From Dehalococcoidia bacterium (GTDB taxonomy: Bacteria; Chloroflexota; Dehalococcoidia; UBA2979): a DNA stretch of 64,000 nt. Made by a program: the position numbers and the translations under genes. Location of the stretch: NCBI GenBank assembly GCA_041390685.1, contig JAWKPL010000001.1:73784-137783 (forward strand). Direction: 5' to 3'. How positions within the stretch are numbered: the first letter of the stretch is position 1; every line of letters starts with the position of its first letter. The notes below the pieces were generated by a model that saw only the letters and a program-made list of their open reading frames with translations, was not told where the DNA came from and made no database searches. Of the stretch, positions 27,748 through 39,605 are shown one piece after another.

Positions 27748-29190
27748 CTAGAGGGGCGCGGGCAGCGCGCTCGAGCCCATCAAGTAAGCATCAATTCCAT
27801 GTGCCGCGGTGCGGCCTTCGGCGATCGCCCAGACAATGAGCGACTGCCCCCGAGTCATGTCGCCGGCGGTGAAGACGCCCGGAACGCTGGTCATCCGGTT
27901 CTCATCTGACCACACGTTGCCCCGCTCCGTCAGGCGTACCCCGAGCTGATCGAGCATCCCCGCCTGTTCCGGGCCGACGAAGCCCATGGCGAGCAGCAGC
28001 AGGTCTGCGTCGACCTCGAACTCCGAGCCGGCGACTTCCTTCATGACCTGCCGTCCGTCCTCGGGGATGAATTCCACCCGTACCGCATGGAGCTTCTGGA
28101 GGACGCCGCCTTCGCCCGAGAGACGTTTCGTCAGGATGCTGTAGTCGCGCTCGCCACCCTCCTCGTGAGCTGAAGAGACACGGTAGACGTTTGGCCACGT
28201 GGGCCACGGGTTCTCAGGTGGCCGTCCGTCGGGCGGGCGAGGAAGCAACTCGAACTGCTTCACCTCCGCAGCGCCCTGTCGGATGGCCGTACCGAGGCAG
28301 TCCGCTCCCGTATCGCCCCCGCCGAGGATCACGACCTTCTTGCCCTTCGCGCTCACGAATTGGTCGTCCGGGATCTCGTCACCGGCGTTGCGCCGGTTCT
28401 GCATCGGGAGGTACTCCATCGCGAGGTACACGCCTCGCAGGTCACGGCCCGGCACATCGAGGTCCCGCGCATGCGTCGCGCCGCCGGTCAGGCAGATGGC
28501 GTCGAACTGCTGGAGCAGATCACGCGCATCGATATCCTGGCCCACGTTGACGGAGGTTCGGAACTCGACGCCCTCCGCCTCCATCTGCTGCAGGCGACGG
28601 TCGATGAACTCCTTCTGCATCTTGAAGTCCGGGATCCCGTAACGGAGCAGACCTCCGATGCGGTCGTCGCGTTCGAAGACGGTGACGGCGTGACCCGCGC
28701 GCGCCAGTTGTTGGGCGGCCGCAAGACCCGCGGGGCCGGACCCGATGACCGCCACGCTCTTGCCGGTCCGCTGCTGTGCCGGCTCAGGCGCGATCCAGCC
28801 CTCGCGGTACGCATGCTCGATGATGGTCAATTCCACCTGCTTGATGGTGACCGGGTCGTTGTTGATGCCGAGGACGCACGCAGCCTCGCAAGGCGCCGGA
28901 CAGAGCCGTCCCGTGAATTCGGGGAAGTTGTTCGTGGCGTGCAAGCGTTCGATCGCCTCATGCCACTTCTCGCGGTACACGAGGTCATTCCAGTCGGGAA
29001 TGATATTGCCCAGCGGGCACCCCTGATGGCAGAAGGGGATGCCACAGTCCATACAGCGCGCGGCCTGCTGTCGCAGCGACTCGTTCGGGAAGTCTTCGTA
29101 AACCTCAAGCCAATCGTGGACGCGTTGGCCCACAGGCCGACGCTGGGGCGTCTCGCGCTCGAACTCGAGGAAACCGGTGGGCTTAGCCAT
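27748..29190 (-). CDS. gltD: glutamate synthase (NADPH) small subunit
   Basis: 4Fe-4S Cys motifs '[14 protein letters not shown]' and an FAD/NAD(P) Rossmann '[14 protein letters not shown]'. Confidence 0.95.
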   Translation of the reverse strand: MAKPTGFLEFERETPQRRPVGQRVHDWLEVYEDFPNESLRQQAARCMDCGIPFCHQGCPLGNIIPDWNDLVYREKWHEAIERLHATNNFPEFTGRLCPAPCEAACVLGINNDPVTIKQVELTIIEHAYREGWIAPEPAQQRTGKSVAVIGSGPAGLAAAQQLARAGHAVTVFERDDRIGGLLRYGIPDFKMQKEFIDRRLQQMEAEGVEFRTSVNVGQDIDARDLLQQFDAICLTGGATHARDLDVPGRDLRGVYLAMEYLPMQNRRNAGDEIPDDQFVSAKGKKVVILGGGDTGADCLGTAIRQGAAEVKQFELLPRPPDGRPPENPWPTWPNVYRVSSAHEEGGERDYSILTKRLSGEGGVLQKLHAVRVEFIPEDGRQVMKEVAGSEFEVDADLLLLAMGFVGPEQAGMLDQLGVRLTERGNVWSDENRMTSVPGVFTAGDMTRGQSLIVWAIAEGRTAAHGIDAYLMGSSALPAPL

Positions 29191-32100
29191 CGCCGACCGC
29201 CATCGCTGCGTCGCGGGCCTGTTCCTCGAGCTCGCGTGCTCGCTCGTTCAGGACGCGGCGGTACTCCTTCGGCATGACCTTTACGAACTGACCAGCAACG
29301 GCGGGCCAGCGGTCGAGCAAGCGCTGCGCGACGGTGCTACCGGTGTACTCCAGATGACGTTCCAGGAGGCCCTGCACCAGGTTCAGGTCTTCGGGCTCCT
29401 CAAGACGTTCCAGGTCGATCATCTCGAGGTTGCATCGCGTCCTGAAATCGCCGTCGACATCCCACACGAATGCAATCCCTCCGCTCATGCCGGCGCCGAA
29501 GTTCCGCCCTGTGCGACCGATGACAACGAGGCGGCCGCCCGTCATGTACTCGCAGCAGTGGTCGCCAGTGCCCTCGACCACGGCGTGCGCACCACTATTG
29601 CGCACGCAGAACCGCTCACCGGCCACGCCACGGAAGAACGCGTAGCCACTCGTCGCTCCGTACAGAGCGACGTTTCCGACCACGATGTTGTCCTCCGGGA
29701 TGAACGTCGCCTCCTTGGGAGGGTGAACGATGAGCTTGCCACCGGAGAGGCCTTTGCCGATGTAGTCGTTGCTGTCACCTTCAAGTCGCAGCGTCATTCC
29801 GGCGGGGACGAACGCACCGAAGCTCTGACCGGCTGAGCCGCGGAAGTGGATATCGATGGTGTCGTCCGGCAGGCCAGCGTTCTGGTAGCGGCGAGTGAGC
29901 TCACTGCCGAGGATCGTGCCGACCGTCCGGTTCACGTTGCGGATGGGCATCTCGATGTGTACGCGCTCTCCTCGTTCGAGCGCTGGCGCGGCGAGCGGCA
30001 GCAACTGCTGGTCGAGTGCTTCCTCAAGGCCGTGATCCTGCGTCGTGACGCAATGCGTGGCGACGTCGGGGCCAACCTCCGGGCGGTACAGGATTGCAGA
30101 GTAGTCCAGACCCTGCGCCTTCCAATGGTTGATGGCTCGGCGCATGTCGATCGCGTCTGTTCGACCGACCATCTCGTCGAGCGTCCGGAACCCCAGCTGC
30201 GCCATGTACTGGCGCACCTCCTCAGCGAGGAAGCGGAAGTAGTTGACGACGTGCTCCGCGCGTCCCTCGAACTTCTCGCGCAGGCGGGGGTTCTGAGTGG
30301 CGATGCCGACGGGGCAGGTGTCGAGATGGCAGACGCGCATCATGATGCACCCCATGACGACCAGCGGCGCGGTGGCGAAGCCGAACTCCTCGGCTCCGAG
30401 CAGTGCGCCGATGACGACGTCGCGGCCCGTCTTCATCTGACCGTCGACCTCGACGACGATGCGGTCGCGAAGCTTGTTGAGGACGAGAGTCTGTTGCGTC
30501 TCGGCCAGCCCGAGCTCCCAGGGGATGCCGGCGTGCTTGAGCGACGTGAGTGGGCTTGCGCCTGTCCCACCATCGTGTCCGCTGATGAGGACAACGTCGG
30601 ACTTCGCCTTGGCCACGCCCGCCGCTACCGTGCCGACGCCTACCTCGGCGACGAGCTTCACGCTGATGCGGGCGCGCGGGTTGGCGTTCTTGAGGTCGTG
30701 GATCAGCTGTGCCAGGTCCTCGATCGAGTAGATGTCGTGATGCGGAGGCGGACTGATGAGACCAACGCCGGGCGTGGAGTGACGGACTTCCGCGATCCAG
30801 GGGTAGACCTTGTGGCCAGGGAGCTGTCCGCCCTCGCCGGGCTTGGCGCCCTGCGCCATCTTGATCTGGATTTCGTCCGCGTTCACGAGGTACTCGCTCG
30901 TCACGCCGAAGCGGCCGGAGGCAACCTGCTTGATCGCGCTGCGGCGTGAGTCGCCGTTGGCGTCCGGGGTGAAGCGCCGGCGGTCCTCGCCGCCTTCACC
31001 GGTGTTGCTCTTGCCACCGATGCGGTTCATGGCGATGGCGAGCGTCTCGTGCGCCTCGGCGGAGATGGAGCCGAACGACATCGCGCCGGTCTTGAAGCGT
31101 TTGAACAGCCTCTCGGCGGGCTCGACTTCCTCGATGGGGACAGGCGGGCCCACAGGCCTGAGCTCGAACAGGCCACGAAGCGTAGCGAGGTTGCGGCTCT
31201 GCTCGTTCACAAGTTCCGAGTACTCGCGGTAAATGTCGTCGCGGGCCGTACGCGTGGCGTGCTGCAGGCGGAACACCGTGTCCGGATTGAACAGATGGAA
31301 CTCGCCGTCGCGACGCCACTGGTACTGTCCGCCCCAGTCGAGTTCGTGTAAGCCGCCGTCACGCCTCGGGAAGGCGTGCTCGTGGTGGGTGAGTGTCTCC
31401 TCGGCGATCTCGTTGAGGCCGACGCCCTCGATACGAGATACGGTCTTGGTGAAATAGCGGTCGACAAACTCCTGGGAGAGGCCGATCGCCTCGAAGATCT
31501 GCGCGCCGCGGTATGACTGCACCGTGGAGATGCCCATCTTGGACATCACCTTGACAACGCCCTTCTTGAGCGCCTTCAAGTAGTGCTTGTGGGCCTCGTG
31601 AGCGTCGAGTGCCGGATCGACGGACCCGTCCTCTTGTAGCCGGGAGAGGCTGTCGAGGGCGAGATACGGGTTCACCGCGCCCGCGCCGTAACCAACGAGG
31701 AGCGCGAAATGATGCACCTCGCGAGGCTCACCCGTCTCGAGGATCAAGCCGACTTGCGTGCGGGTCTTCTGGCGGACGAGATGGTTGTGAAGCCCCGCGA
31801 CCGCCAAGAGCGCCGGGATGGCCGCGTGACCCGCGTCAACGCCGCGGTCGGAGAGCACCAGGATGCGAGTACCTTGATCGATGGCCGCGTCCGCCGTCTC
31901 GAACAGCGCCTCGAGGGCCTGTTCCAGGCCTGCCGTGCCGTCCGCAACCGGGAACAGCGTCGAGAGGGCGGCGGTGCGGAAGCGCGGATCGTCCGCCAGC
32001 ATCTTGATTCGAGCCAGCTCATCGTTGTCGAGGAACGGAGACTCGAGCTTCACGAGGTGGATGTCAGAGAGGCCACGGTCGAGGAGGTTGCCCTCGGGGC

Positions 32101-33748
32101 CAATCACCGTGTCCACCGAAGTCACGAGTTCCTCGCGGATCGCGTCAAGCGGCGGGTTCGTGACCTGCGCGAACAGCTGCTGGAAGTAGTTGTACAGCGG
32201 CTGCGCGCGATTCGACAGGACGGCCAGGGGCGTATCGGTGCCCATCGACCCGATCGCCTCCTCGGAGTTCGTCACCATCGGCCCGAGGATGTACTTGAGG
32301 TCTTCGATGGTGTACCCGAACGCCATCTGCTGCTTGAGGAGCTCGTCGCCGCCGAGCCCGGGCGCCGGCTGACCGGCGGGAAGCTCAGAGAGCGGATGCA
32401 GATGCTCGCTCAACCAGTCCGCGTAGGGACGCTGCGCCGCCAGGCCCATCTTGAGCTCGGTGTCGTCGATGATCCGGCCTTCGTCGAGACTGACGAGGAA
32501 CATCTTGCCGGGCTGCAGGCGGCCCTTGGTCAGCACGCGGTCCGGCTCGACGGGCAGCACACCCACCTCGGACGCCATGATGACAAGGTCATCCTTGGTC
32601 ACGTAGAAACGGGACGGACGCAGCCCGTTTCGATCGAGGACGGCGCCGATTGAACGGCCATCCGTGAACGCCACGGAGGCAGGGCCGTCCCACGGCTCCA
32701 TCACGGTGCTGTGGTACTCGTAGAACGCCTGCTTCTCCGCCGGCATCGACTCGTGGCCGCTCCATGCCTCGGGGATGAGCATCATCATCGCGTGGGCGAG
32801 CGGGCGACCGCTCTGGAACAGGAGTTCGACGGCGTTATCGAGCGACGCAGTGTCGCTGCCCGCCTCGTCGATCACGGGCGTGATCTTCCCCACCTCATCG
32901 AAGAGGGGCGACTCGAAGAGCGCCTCTCGCGCTGCCATCCAGTTGCGGTTGCCTCGCAGCGTGTTGATCTCGCCGTTGTGCGAGATCATCCGGTACGGGT
33001 GGGCGAGCTTCCAGCTCGGGAAGGTGTTCGTGCTGAAGCGCGAGTGGAACATCGCGAGCGCGCTTACCAGGCGCGGGTCCCCGAGGTCCGGGAAGTAGTG
33101 CGGCATCTGGGTGGCCGTCAGCATCCCCTTGTACACGAGAGTGCGCGAGGACAGGCTCGCGAAGTAGAAGTACTCGACGTCTCGAATGTCAGCGCGGTCG
33201 ACGGCTTTCTCGAACCGCTTGCGGATCACATAGAGCCGGCGCTCGAATGCGTCATCGTCCTCGATGTCGGCACCGCGGCCGACGAAGGCGTGGAGCATAT
33301 GCGGCTCGACTGCCAGGGCAGACGGACCGACGTCCGCGCCCTTCGCGTCCGTGGGTACGTCTCGCCAGCCCAGAAGGTGCTGGCCTTCCTCCTCGACGAT
33401 CGCGGCGAAGAGGCTCATCGCCTCGCGGCGTGCGTGTTCGTCCCTGGAGGCGAAGAGCAGCCCGACCCCATAGTGGCCGGCGTCTGGAAGCCGAATGCCA
33501 AGCTGGGCGCACTCGTGGCGGAAGAACTCATCGGGGACCTGGATGAGGAGGCCCGCGCCGTCACCGGTGTTCACCTCGCAGCCGCAGGCACCACGGTGGT
33601 TGAGGTTCTCGAGCGCGGTCAGACCATCGCGGACGATCTGGTGCGACCGCTTACCCTTGAGGTGGACGACGAAGCCAACACCGCAGCTATCGTGCTCGTG
33701 GTCCGGGTCGTATAGACCCTGAGCTAGTGGCATTCCGGGCGCGCCCAT
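29183..33748 (-). CDS. gltB: glutamate synthase large subunit
   Basis: N-terminal amidotransferase 'CGVGFV', an FMN domain and C-terminal GXGXG repeats. The start is taken at MGAPG (33748), which has a GGAGGAGGGAG ribosome-binding site. The end overlaps the gltD start by 8 nt. Confidence 0.95.
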   Translation of the reverse strand: MGAPGMPLAQGLYDPDHEHDSCGVGFVVHLKGKRSHQIVRDGLTALENLNHRGACGCEVNTGDGAGLLIQVPDEFFRHECAQLGIRLPDAGHYGVGLLFASRDEHARREAMSLFAAIVEEEGQHLLGWRDVPTDAKGADVGPSALAVEPHMLHAFVGRGADIEDDDAFERRLYVIRKRFEKAVDRADIRDVEYFYFASLSSRTLVYKGMLTATQMPHYFPDLGDPRLVSALAMFHSRFSTNTFPSWKLAHPYRMISHNGEINTLRGNRNWMAAREALFESPLFDEVGKITPVIDEAGSDTASLDNAVELLFQSGRPLAHAMMMLIPEAWSGHESMPAEKQAFYEYHSTVMEPWDGPASVAFTDGRSIGAVLDRNGLRPSRFYVTKDDLVIMASEVGVLPVEPDRVLTKGRLQPGKMFLVSLDEGRIIDDTELKMGLAAQRPYADWLSEHLHPLSELPAGQPAPGLGGDELLKQQMAFGYTIEDLKYILGPMVTNSEEAIGSMGTDTPLAVLSNRAQPLYNYFQQLFAQVTNPPLDAIREELVTSVDTVIGPEGNLLDRGLSDIHLVKLESPFLDNDELARIKMLADDPRFRTAALSTLFPVADGTAGLEQALEALFETADAAIDQGTRILVLSDRGVDAGHAAIPALLAVAGLHNHLVRQKTRTQVGLILETGEPREVHHFALLVGYGAGAVNPYLALDSLSRLQEDGSVDPALDAHEAHKHYLKALKKGVVKVMSKMGISTVQSYRGAQIFEAIGLSQEFVDRYFTKTVSRIEGVGLNEIAEETLTHHEHAFPRRDGGLHELDWGGQYQWRRDGEFHLFNPDTVFRLQHATRTARDDIYREYSELVNEQSRNLATLRGLFELRPVGPPVPIEEVEPAERLFKRFKTGAMSFGSISAEAHETLAIAMNRIGGKSNTGEGGEDRRRFTPDANGDSRRSAIKQVASGRFGVTSEYLVNADEIQIKMAQGAKPGEGGQLPGHKVYPWIAEVRHSTPGVGLISPPPHHDIYSIEDLAQLIHDLKNANPRARISVKLVAEVGVGTVAAGVAKAKSDVVLISGHDGGTGASPLTSLKHAGIPWELGLAETQQTLVLNKLRDRIVVEVDGQMKTGRDVVIGALLGAEEFGFATAPLVVMGCIMMRVCHLDTCPVGIATQNPRLREKFEGRAEHVVNYFRFLAEEVRQYMAQLGFRTLDEMVGRTDAIDMRRAINHWKAQGLDYSAILYRPEVGPDVATHCVTTQDHGLEEALDQQLLPLAAPALERGERVHIEMPIRNVNRTVGTILGSELTRRYQNAGLPDDTIDIHFRGSAGQSFGAFVPAGMTLRLEGDSNDYIGKGLSGGKLIVHPPKEATFIPEDNIVVGNVALYGATSGYAFFRGVAGERFCVRNSGAHAVVEGTGDHCCEYMTGGRLVVIGRTGRNFGAGMSGGIAFVWDVDGDFRTRCNLEMIDLERLEEPEDLNLVQGLLERHLEYTGSTVAQRLLDRWPAVAGQFVKVMPKEYRRVLNERARELEEQARDAAMAVGDG

Positions 33749-33896
33749 CTCGCTCCCTCCTCCAGCTCGCGGATGACGATCATCGCGCCGGGCCGGCGCT
33801 GCTGCGCCGACTGACTTCCCGCCGTCGTGGCCGCGTGTGATGGTCCTGACCGTCGATGACAATCCATCGCCGAGAAGTGAACGACGATCATACGCG

Positions 33897-33927
33897 ATCC
33901 TGATCCCCGCTGGGACCGATCAGGATG
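33897..33927. promoter_or_regulatory. inverted repeat GATCCTGATC-N11-GATCAGGAT in the gltB/usp divergent intergenic region
   Basis: 9/10-bp complementary arms read directly from the sequence. Confidence 0.4.
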
Positions 33928-34025
33928 AGCGGCCATATTGCGCGTTCCGTCACAAACTCGCAAGTGGGGCGAGCAGGACCGTCCGCCGACTCGCCCCTGC
34001 CGCGGAAGAGCCTATAGTGGGCCGC

Positions 34026-34940
34026 ATGAAGATCGTATGGGCGACCGATGGCTCAGCAGGCTCCGAGGGGGCGCTGCCCTACCTCAACGGGCTCTTCAAC
34101 CTGCGCGAGAACACCATCGTCGTGACCGCGGTCGCGCCGGCGCCGCTGGTCAGTGCCGCTCGACCCGATCCCGCGATGCTGCTGTGGCACCTCGTGCCTG
34201 GCTATCGCGAGCGGGTTTCGAACGAGGTCACGGAGCTCGTGGTCAGACAAGTGGGCCTCCTCGCGAAGTCCCGCGCCACTGTGACGAGTGCTGTCCGGCT
34301 CGGCTCAGCTCCAACGGAGATCATCTTGCTCGCACGCGACGAGGGCGCGGACCTCGTGATTACGGGTGCGCGGGGGCACACTCCGGCTGCCGAGATACTG
34401 CTTGGGTCGGTGTCCCAGCAGGTGGCGACCAACGCGGAGTGCGCTGTCCTTGTCGTCCGCGGACGGAAGCGACCGGCAAAGGTGCTGCTGGCCTACGACG
34501 CGTCGCCCGACGCACAGGCCGGGTTGGAGTTGCTTGCGTCGCTTGTTCCCCCGAAGGGCGCCGAAGTCATCGTCACAGCGGTGGTAGAGCCGGCGATGCC
34601 GGCCCTTGACGCACCGCCTGACTGGGTGCCCGACTCCGCGCAGGAGCTTGAGCGTTGGAGGCGCACATCCGCGCGCCGCAACGCCCAGGCGGCAGTTCGG
34701 AAGCTGCGTGCGAGCGGGTGGAGTGCTTCCTCGCACATCGGGACCGGGCACCCCGGAGATTCCGTGCTCCGCACGGCTCGCGAACGCGGCGTCGACCTCG
34801 TCGTCATGGGCGCCCGAGGGATTCACTCGTCTGACGCCGAAGCTCGCGGGATGGGAGGCATTCCGCGGCAGGTGATCGAGCGCGCTCTCTGCTCAGTGCT
34901 CATCTCCCGAGACCGCCTGCGCGAATCACCGAGCGCTTAG
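34026..34940 (+). CDS. tandem universal stress protein (two UspA domains)
   Basis: Two repeats carrying 'VITGARG' and 'VVMGARG' ATP-binding G-x2-G-x9-G motifs. Confidence 0.8.
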   Translation: MKIVWATDGSAGSEGALPYLNGLFNLRENTIVVTAVAPAPLVSAARPDPAMLLWHLVPGYRERVSNEVTELVVRQVGLLAKSRATVTSAVRLGSAPTEIILLARDEGADLVITGARGHTPAAEILLGSVSQQVATNAECAVLVVRGRKRPAKVLLAYDASPDAQAGLELLASLVPPKGAEVIVTAVVEPAMPALDAPPDWVPDSAQELERWRRTSARRNAQAAVRKLRASGWSASSHIGTGHPGDSVLRTARERGVDLVVMGARGIHSSDAEARGMGGIPRQVIERALCSVLISRDRLRESPSA

Positions 34941-36190
34941 CCGAGGTCGACCGGCGGTCGCTCCTCCCAGACAACCTCGCGTGCGGCCAGTGCGTCGACT
35001 TCGTCGTCGGTCATACCGAGGCGCTCGCGCAGGATGCTGCGGCTGTCCTCGCCCATGTCTGGAGAGCTGCCGCGAATGCCCGCGGGCGTGCGCGAGAGCT
35101 TGATCGGGCTGTTCACGAGGGGCAACGTCCCGAGTCGCCTGTGCTCGACGGGGACGAACATCTCGCGCGCCTCCAGCTGCGGCATTCGCGTGACTTCTGC
35201 GATCGAGTTCAGGGGGCCGCACGGGATGCCGAAGCGCTCGAGCCGTGCGACCCACTCGGCGCTCGGTCGTTTGCGAAACGCCTCGTTGAGGATCGGTTCG
35301 AGTTCGGCGTGATGCGCGGCACGGGCCGTACTCGTGGCGAAGCGGGGATCGTCGATGAGGTCGACGCGCTCGATCTCCGAGCACAGGAGCGCCCACTGGT
35401 TCGGGACGCCCCACGCAAGCGCGAGCACGAAGTACCCGTCTGCCGTCGGGAACGCCTGGAACGGGACGGCCCAGGAGTGCCGCGTCCCCAGAGGCTCCGG
35501 GGGCTCGCCGGTCAGGAAGTAGCGCAGGAAGGCGTTCTCCAGAATCGCCACCTGGCAGTCCAACATCGAGATATCGACGAGCTGGCCCTTGCCCGAGCGC
35601 TCACGCTCATAGACAGCCGCGAGGGCTCCGATCGCGCCGTACAGGCCTCCAGTGATGTCGCCAAGCGAGACGCCGGGCTTGATGGGGGGGCCACCCGGCT
35701 CGCCGGTGACCGACATGATCCCGCCCGCTCCCTGTACCACGACGTCGAGAGCGGGCTGCTCGCGCATCGGGCCGGTCTGGCCGAACCCGGATATGGCCAC
35801 ATAGATGAGGCCGGGATGCTCCTTCGACAGTACCTCGTACCCCACGCCGAGCTCGTCGAGCGTCCCGGGACGGAAGTTCTCCACGAGGATGTCGAACTCG
35901 CGCACCAGGCGCCGGAACAGCGCCTTCCCGTCCTCCTGCTTGAGGTCGATGGCGATGCTTTTCTTGCCGCGATTCACGCTGAAGAAGTAGCCCGACTCGC
36001 CATCGATGAGTGGCCCGGTCGTCCTCGCCACGTCTCCGAACGGCGGACGCTCGCACTTCACGACCTCGGCGCCCAGGTCGCAAAGCGTCATCGTGCAGTA
36101 TGGGCCCGCGAGCACCCACGACAGGTCGAGCACACGAAGGCCGGCGAGCGGCCCGTCTGCCGCCAGGATGCCGGGAGGAACTGTCGTCAT
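34937..36190 (-). CDS. CaiB/BaiF family III CoA-transferase
   Basis: 'GLRVLDLSWVLAGPYCTMTLCDLGAEVVKCE' and a catalytic Asp region 'GDITGG' are typical of the family. Confidence 0.9.
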   Translation of the reverse strand: MTTVPPGILAADGPLAGLRVLDLSWVLAGPYCTMTLCDLGAEVVKCERPPFGDVARTTGPLIDGESGYFFSVNRGKKSIAIDLKQEDGKALFRRLVREFDILVENFRPGTLDELGVGYEVLSKEHPGLIYVAISGFGQTGPMREQPALDVVVQGAGGIMSVTGEPGGPPIKPGVSLGDITGGLYGAIGALAAVYERERSGKGQLVDISMLDCQVAILENAFLRYFLTGEPPEPLGTRHSWAVPFQAFPTADGYFVLALAWGVPNQWALLCSEIERVDLIDDPRFATSTARAAHHAELEPILNEAFRKRPSAEWVARLERFGIPCGPLNSIAEVTRMPQLEAREMFVPVEHRRLGTLPLVNSPIKLSRTPAGIRGSSPDMGEDSRSILRERLGMTDDEVDALAAREVVWEERPPVDLG

Positions 36191-36288
36191 TCTGGGCCAT
36201 CCGTTCTCTGGCTACGCACGAGTCAACCCGGGCAGCATAAGGGCCGCCGGCGTTCACCGGCGGCCCCTGGGATCTGATCCGCGCGGGG

Positions 36289-36546
36289 CTACTCGAAGGG
36301 GTACCACTCCAGGTTCCGCGGTAGTGCCGCCTCGGCCGCGACCGATCCGTGCGGCCGTCCGAATGCGCGACGCGAGGCGAACGCCGCCACCGGGATGAGC
36401 CCGAGAGCCAGCAGTGAGCCAGCAAGGAGCAGCGGGCGGTCGTGGGTCCGGCGCGAAGCGAACTGACGAATCGCCGGTCCGGACGCCCCAACGAGTCGCA
36501 GTGACTCGTGGGTGCGAGCGAGTGGTTTGATCTGGACGTTCGGCAT
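36289..36546 (-). CDS. possible small membrane protein (85 aa)
   Basis: ATG with an upstream GGAGG. There is one clear TM segment, 'LLLAGSLLALGLIPVAAFA'. No homolog is recognised. Confidence 0.3.
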   Translation of the reverse strand: MPNVQIKPLARTHESLRLVGASGPAIRQFASRRTHDRPLLLAGSLLALGLIPVAAFASRRAFGRPHGSVAAEAALPRNLEWYPFE

Positions 36547-36757
36547 CGTCGGTGACCTCCATCGTCTTGCGGGGGAATGCTTCCATGATACCGCCCGCGC
36601 CAGATCGGGGCTGACCTCGATCCGGGGCGCCGGCGATGCGTCGGGGACTCGTGAGACCCGCGCTGACCGTGCAGGCGTTGACAACCTCGACCGCGATCAG
36701 AATGATGCGCGGCACCACCGCAGGGCAGCGGTGGGCGTCCGTGGGGGGCCGGACGAC

Positions 36758-38071
36758 ATGAAGCCAGCGCCTGCGATCGACTGGGACACCGTCACCGAGG
36801 AGGCCGTCGATCTCCTCAGCGACTACTTGCGCGTGGACACGGTCAACCCACCGGGAAACGAGACCCGCGCCTGCGAGTGGCTCGGGAGCGTCCTTGACGC
36901 CGAGGGCATCGCTTACCAGACCTACGCCCGGGACGCCGCGCGCGCCTCACTCGTCGCGACGTTGCCCGGTACGGGCCGGCGCGGCCGGTCGCTGACTCTG
37001 CTGAACCACACAGATGTCGTCCCCGTCGAGGAAGCGTACTGGACGGAGGCTCCCCTCGGAGGGGCGATTCGGGACGGGTACCTGTGGGGCCGCGGTGCAG
37101 TTGACATGAAGGGAATGGCCATCATCGAGCTGATGGTCGTTCTGTTGCACCAGCGGCTGGGTCTCGCCCTGGAGCGCGATCTGACGTTCATGGCCGTCGC
37201 GGACGAGGAATGCGGGAGCCAGTACGGGACCGAGTTTCTCGATGAGGAGCATCCGGAACTTCTCGACACCGACTTCGTGATCAACGAAGGCGGTACGGGC
37301 GCCCAGGAGGTGTTCGGCGTCCGGCGGCCCGTGTTCCACGTTGGGGTTGCCGAGAAGGGCCCGCTCTGGCTGCGTCTCCGGACGCTGGGCACCCCGGGCC
37401 ATGGGGCAGTCCCCCATGCCAACAACGCCCTGGAGCGACTCGTGCGGGCGCTCGACCGCGTACGGCGCTGGGAGCGTCCACTGCACCTTCCGCCCGAGGT
37501 ATTGACGTACTTCGGAGCACTGTATGACGCGGGTATCCTTCCACAGGCGCCGACGCCCAACTACCTTGCGGCGCTCGCTGTTGAGCATCCGCGCGTCCAC
37601 TCCTTGCAGACAAACTCGATCAGCCTCACCTCGCTGAGAGCGGGCGTGAAGCACAATGTGATCCCGGCTTCAGCAGAGGCCACGCTCGATATTCGCCTGA
37701 TGTCGGGATACGACCCGGACGCGTTCATCGACGAGTTGCGCGCACAGATTGACGACCCACTTGTCGGGATCGAAGTCGTCTTCAGCTCGTCGACGCCCTC
37801 GTCATCCACAAAAACGGAGCTGTACGACGCCATCCGAACGGCGGTGCGACACCACGTCGAGGATGCTGCGGTGGTACCGAGCGTCTCGACGGGGTTCACG
37901 GATCTTCGAGTATTCAGAAGGCGCGGCATCCCTGCCTACGGCTTCGTACCCCTGCTCCTGGAGCCCGAGGATGCGTCCCGCATCCACGGGCACGACGAAC
38001 GCGTGTCCATCGAATCGCTGCGTCTGGCGATCCAGGTGTTGTTCTCGACGGTCCGCGAAGTGTGTGGGTGA
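36758..38071 (+). CDS. M20-family metallopeptidase (ArgE/DapE/CPG2-like)
   Basis: 'LNHTDVVP', 'GRGAVDMKG' and 'NEGGTG' metal-ligand motifs. Confidence 0.85.
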   Translation: MKPAPAIDWDTVTEEAVDLLSDYLRVDTVNPPGNETRACEWLGSVLDAEGIAYQTYARDAARASLVATLPGTGRRGRSLTLLNHTDVVPVEEAYWTEAPLGGAIRDGYLWGRGAVDMKGMAIIELMVVLLHQRLGLALERDLTFMAVADEECGSQYGTEFLDEEHPELLDTDFVINEGGTGAQEVFGVRRPVFHVGVAEKGPLWLRLRTLGTPGHGAVPHANNALERLVRALDRVRRWERPLHLPPEVLTYFGALYDAGILPQAPTPNYLAALAVEHPRVHSLQTNSISLTSLRAGVKHNVIPASAEATLDIRLMSGYDPDAFIDELRAQIDDPLVGIEVVFSSSTPSSSTKTELYDAIRTAVRHHVEDAAVVPSVSTGFTDLRVFRRRGIPAYGFVPLLLEPEDASRIHGHDERVSIESLRLAIQVLFSTVREVCG

Positions 38072-38080
38072 GGCCGCACG

Positions 38081-38722
38081 CTAGCGGTCGGCCGCAGCCT
38101 CCGTCTCGGCCACCTTCTCCGGAAGCAACTCACCGAAGACCGGGCCCAGGACCTTCGCCCGCAGCACGCCATCGCGATCGATGAAGTAGCTCACAGGCAA
38201 GGTCGCCTGACTGGCGTTCCGCGGCGCCACCCCATAACGCTCCGCAACCGCCCCATCCGGAGTGTCGTACACCACGGGGAACTCGATCGGATGCCCGCCG
38301 CGCCCCTCGAACGACGCCAGGAACCGCTCCACTTCGGACTCACTGTCAAGCGGGCGGTAGTCGACCGCGATTACCACAAAGTCCTCCGCATCGAGGCGCT
38401 CCCGGTACAGCTCCTCGAACTCCGTCATCTCTCGGCGGCATGGCACGCACCAGCTGGCCCAGAAGTTCACCACGACGGTACGCCCGCGGAAGTCCGACAG
38501 GCGGACCACCTGGCCATCAACCGACCGCAGGGCGAAGTCCGGCGCCGGCGCCCCGATGGTGGCCGTGGCATCATCGCGCAGCCCCAGATCGGTCGTCGCC
38601 AAGGGGCTTCCCTCGTCGGCACCCGAGAACTCACGCTGCGCGAAGAGCGCAAGCAGCGCGAGCACGATGCCGGCGGTGATGGCGTACCGGATCCGCCAGT
38701 CAAGGGTCGCGAGTGGTGTCAT
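38081..38722 (-). CDS. TlpA/ResA-like thiol-disulfide oxidoreductase (thioredoxin fold, membrane-anchored)
   Basis: An N-terminal TM segment and the 'WASWCVPC' CxxC motif. Confidence 0.85.
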   Translation of the reverse strand: MTPLATLDWRIRYAITAGIVLALLALFAQREFSGADEGSPLATTDLGLRDDATATIGAPAPDFALRSVDGQVVRLSDFRGRTVVVNFWASWCVPCRREMTEFEELYRERLDAEDFVVIAVDYRPLDSESEVERFLASFEGRGGHPIEFPVVYDTPDGAVAERYGVAPRNASQATLPVSYFIDRDGVLRAKVLGPVFGELLPEKVAETEAAADR

Positions 38723-38804
38723 GCCTCCATTGTTACGCTTCGGAGCGACCGCTGGTAATCAAGGCTGGGGTTGCACCTCGATCGCCGCTCGTTAGGATGG
38801 TCGC

Positions 38805-39605
38805 GTGTCCGCACCTTCCGAGTCCGAATCCATCGCCGAGGCCGCCGTGATCCTCCTCGCCGCGTGCCACGTCGTCGCCCTGACCGGGGCGGGCGTCTCG
38901 AAGGAATCCGGAATCCCGACATTCCGCGGAAAGGACGGTCTGTGGACTGTCCGCGGCGAGCCACCGCTGAACCAGTTCGAAGAGTTCCGCCGCGACCCGA
39001 AGGCATGGTGGGTGCGACGGCTCGATCAGCGAGCTCGCCCAGACGAGTTCGCGCTCTCGCTGCGTGCAAGCGAGCCGAATGACGCGCACTACGCGCTCGC
39101 GGAGCTTGAGGCGCTGGGTGTACTCCATCACGTCATCACTCAGAACGTTGACAACCTCCATCGGCGGGCAGGCCAACAGTCCATTACGGAGATTCACGGC
39201 AATATGCGCTGGATGCGCTGCACCGACTGCCAGACCCGCTGGCCCGAAGATGATGTCGATGTGAACCTCGAAGAGCTCCCGCCGCGCTGCCCCGAGCCCG
39301 GGTGCGCAGGGATCGTGAAGGGCGACGGGGTTATGTTCGGCGAGCCCATTCCCCCGGACGCCCTCGAGCGCTGCTACGCCGAGACCGCGATGGCGGACGC
39401 GTTCCTGCTCGCCGGGACCTCGGCGGTGGTGTATCCCGCCGCGATGTTCCCACAGCTCGCGTATCAGCGGGGCGCCCGATTGATCGAGGTCGACCCGGAA
39501 CCGACGGCGTTGAGCGAACTGGCCACGGTCACACTGCGCGGGCCTGCCGGCGAGATGCTGCCGCTCCTCCTTCGGGCCGTCCGCGAACGAATCGGTCCGC
39601 AATGA
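38805..39605 (+). CDS. cobB: NAD-dependent protein deacylase (Sir2 family, class III/U sirtuin)
   Basis: 'GAGVSKESGIPTFRG', 'QNVDNLH', a catalytic 'EIHG' and the Zn ribbon 'CTDC...CPEPGC'. Confidence 0.9.
   Translation: MSAPSESESIAEAAVILLAACHVVALTGAGVSKESGIPTFRGKDGLWTVRGEPPLNQFEEFRRDPKAWWVRRLDQRARPDEFALSLRASEPNDAHYALAELEALGVLHHVITQNVDNLHRRAGQQSITEIHGNMRWMRCTDCQTRWPEDDVDVNLEELPPRCPEPGCAGIVKGDGVMFGEPIPPDALERCYAETAMADAFLLAGTSAVVYPAAMFPQLAYQRGARLIEVDPEPTALSELATVTLRGPAGEMLPLLLRAVRERIGPQ

Noticed and set aside
31709-32653. 314-aa plus-strand ORF and others antisense to gltB
   Set aside because: They are antisense to the unambiguous glutamate synthase large-subunit gene.
38805-39605. Sir2-domain protein as a possible defence-associated Sir2 (NADase) effector
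   Set aside because: It has the full canonical sirtuin motif set, including the Cys4 zinc ribbon and catalytic His. It lies in a housekeeping context and looks like a CobB deacylase.
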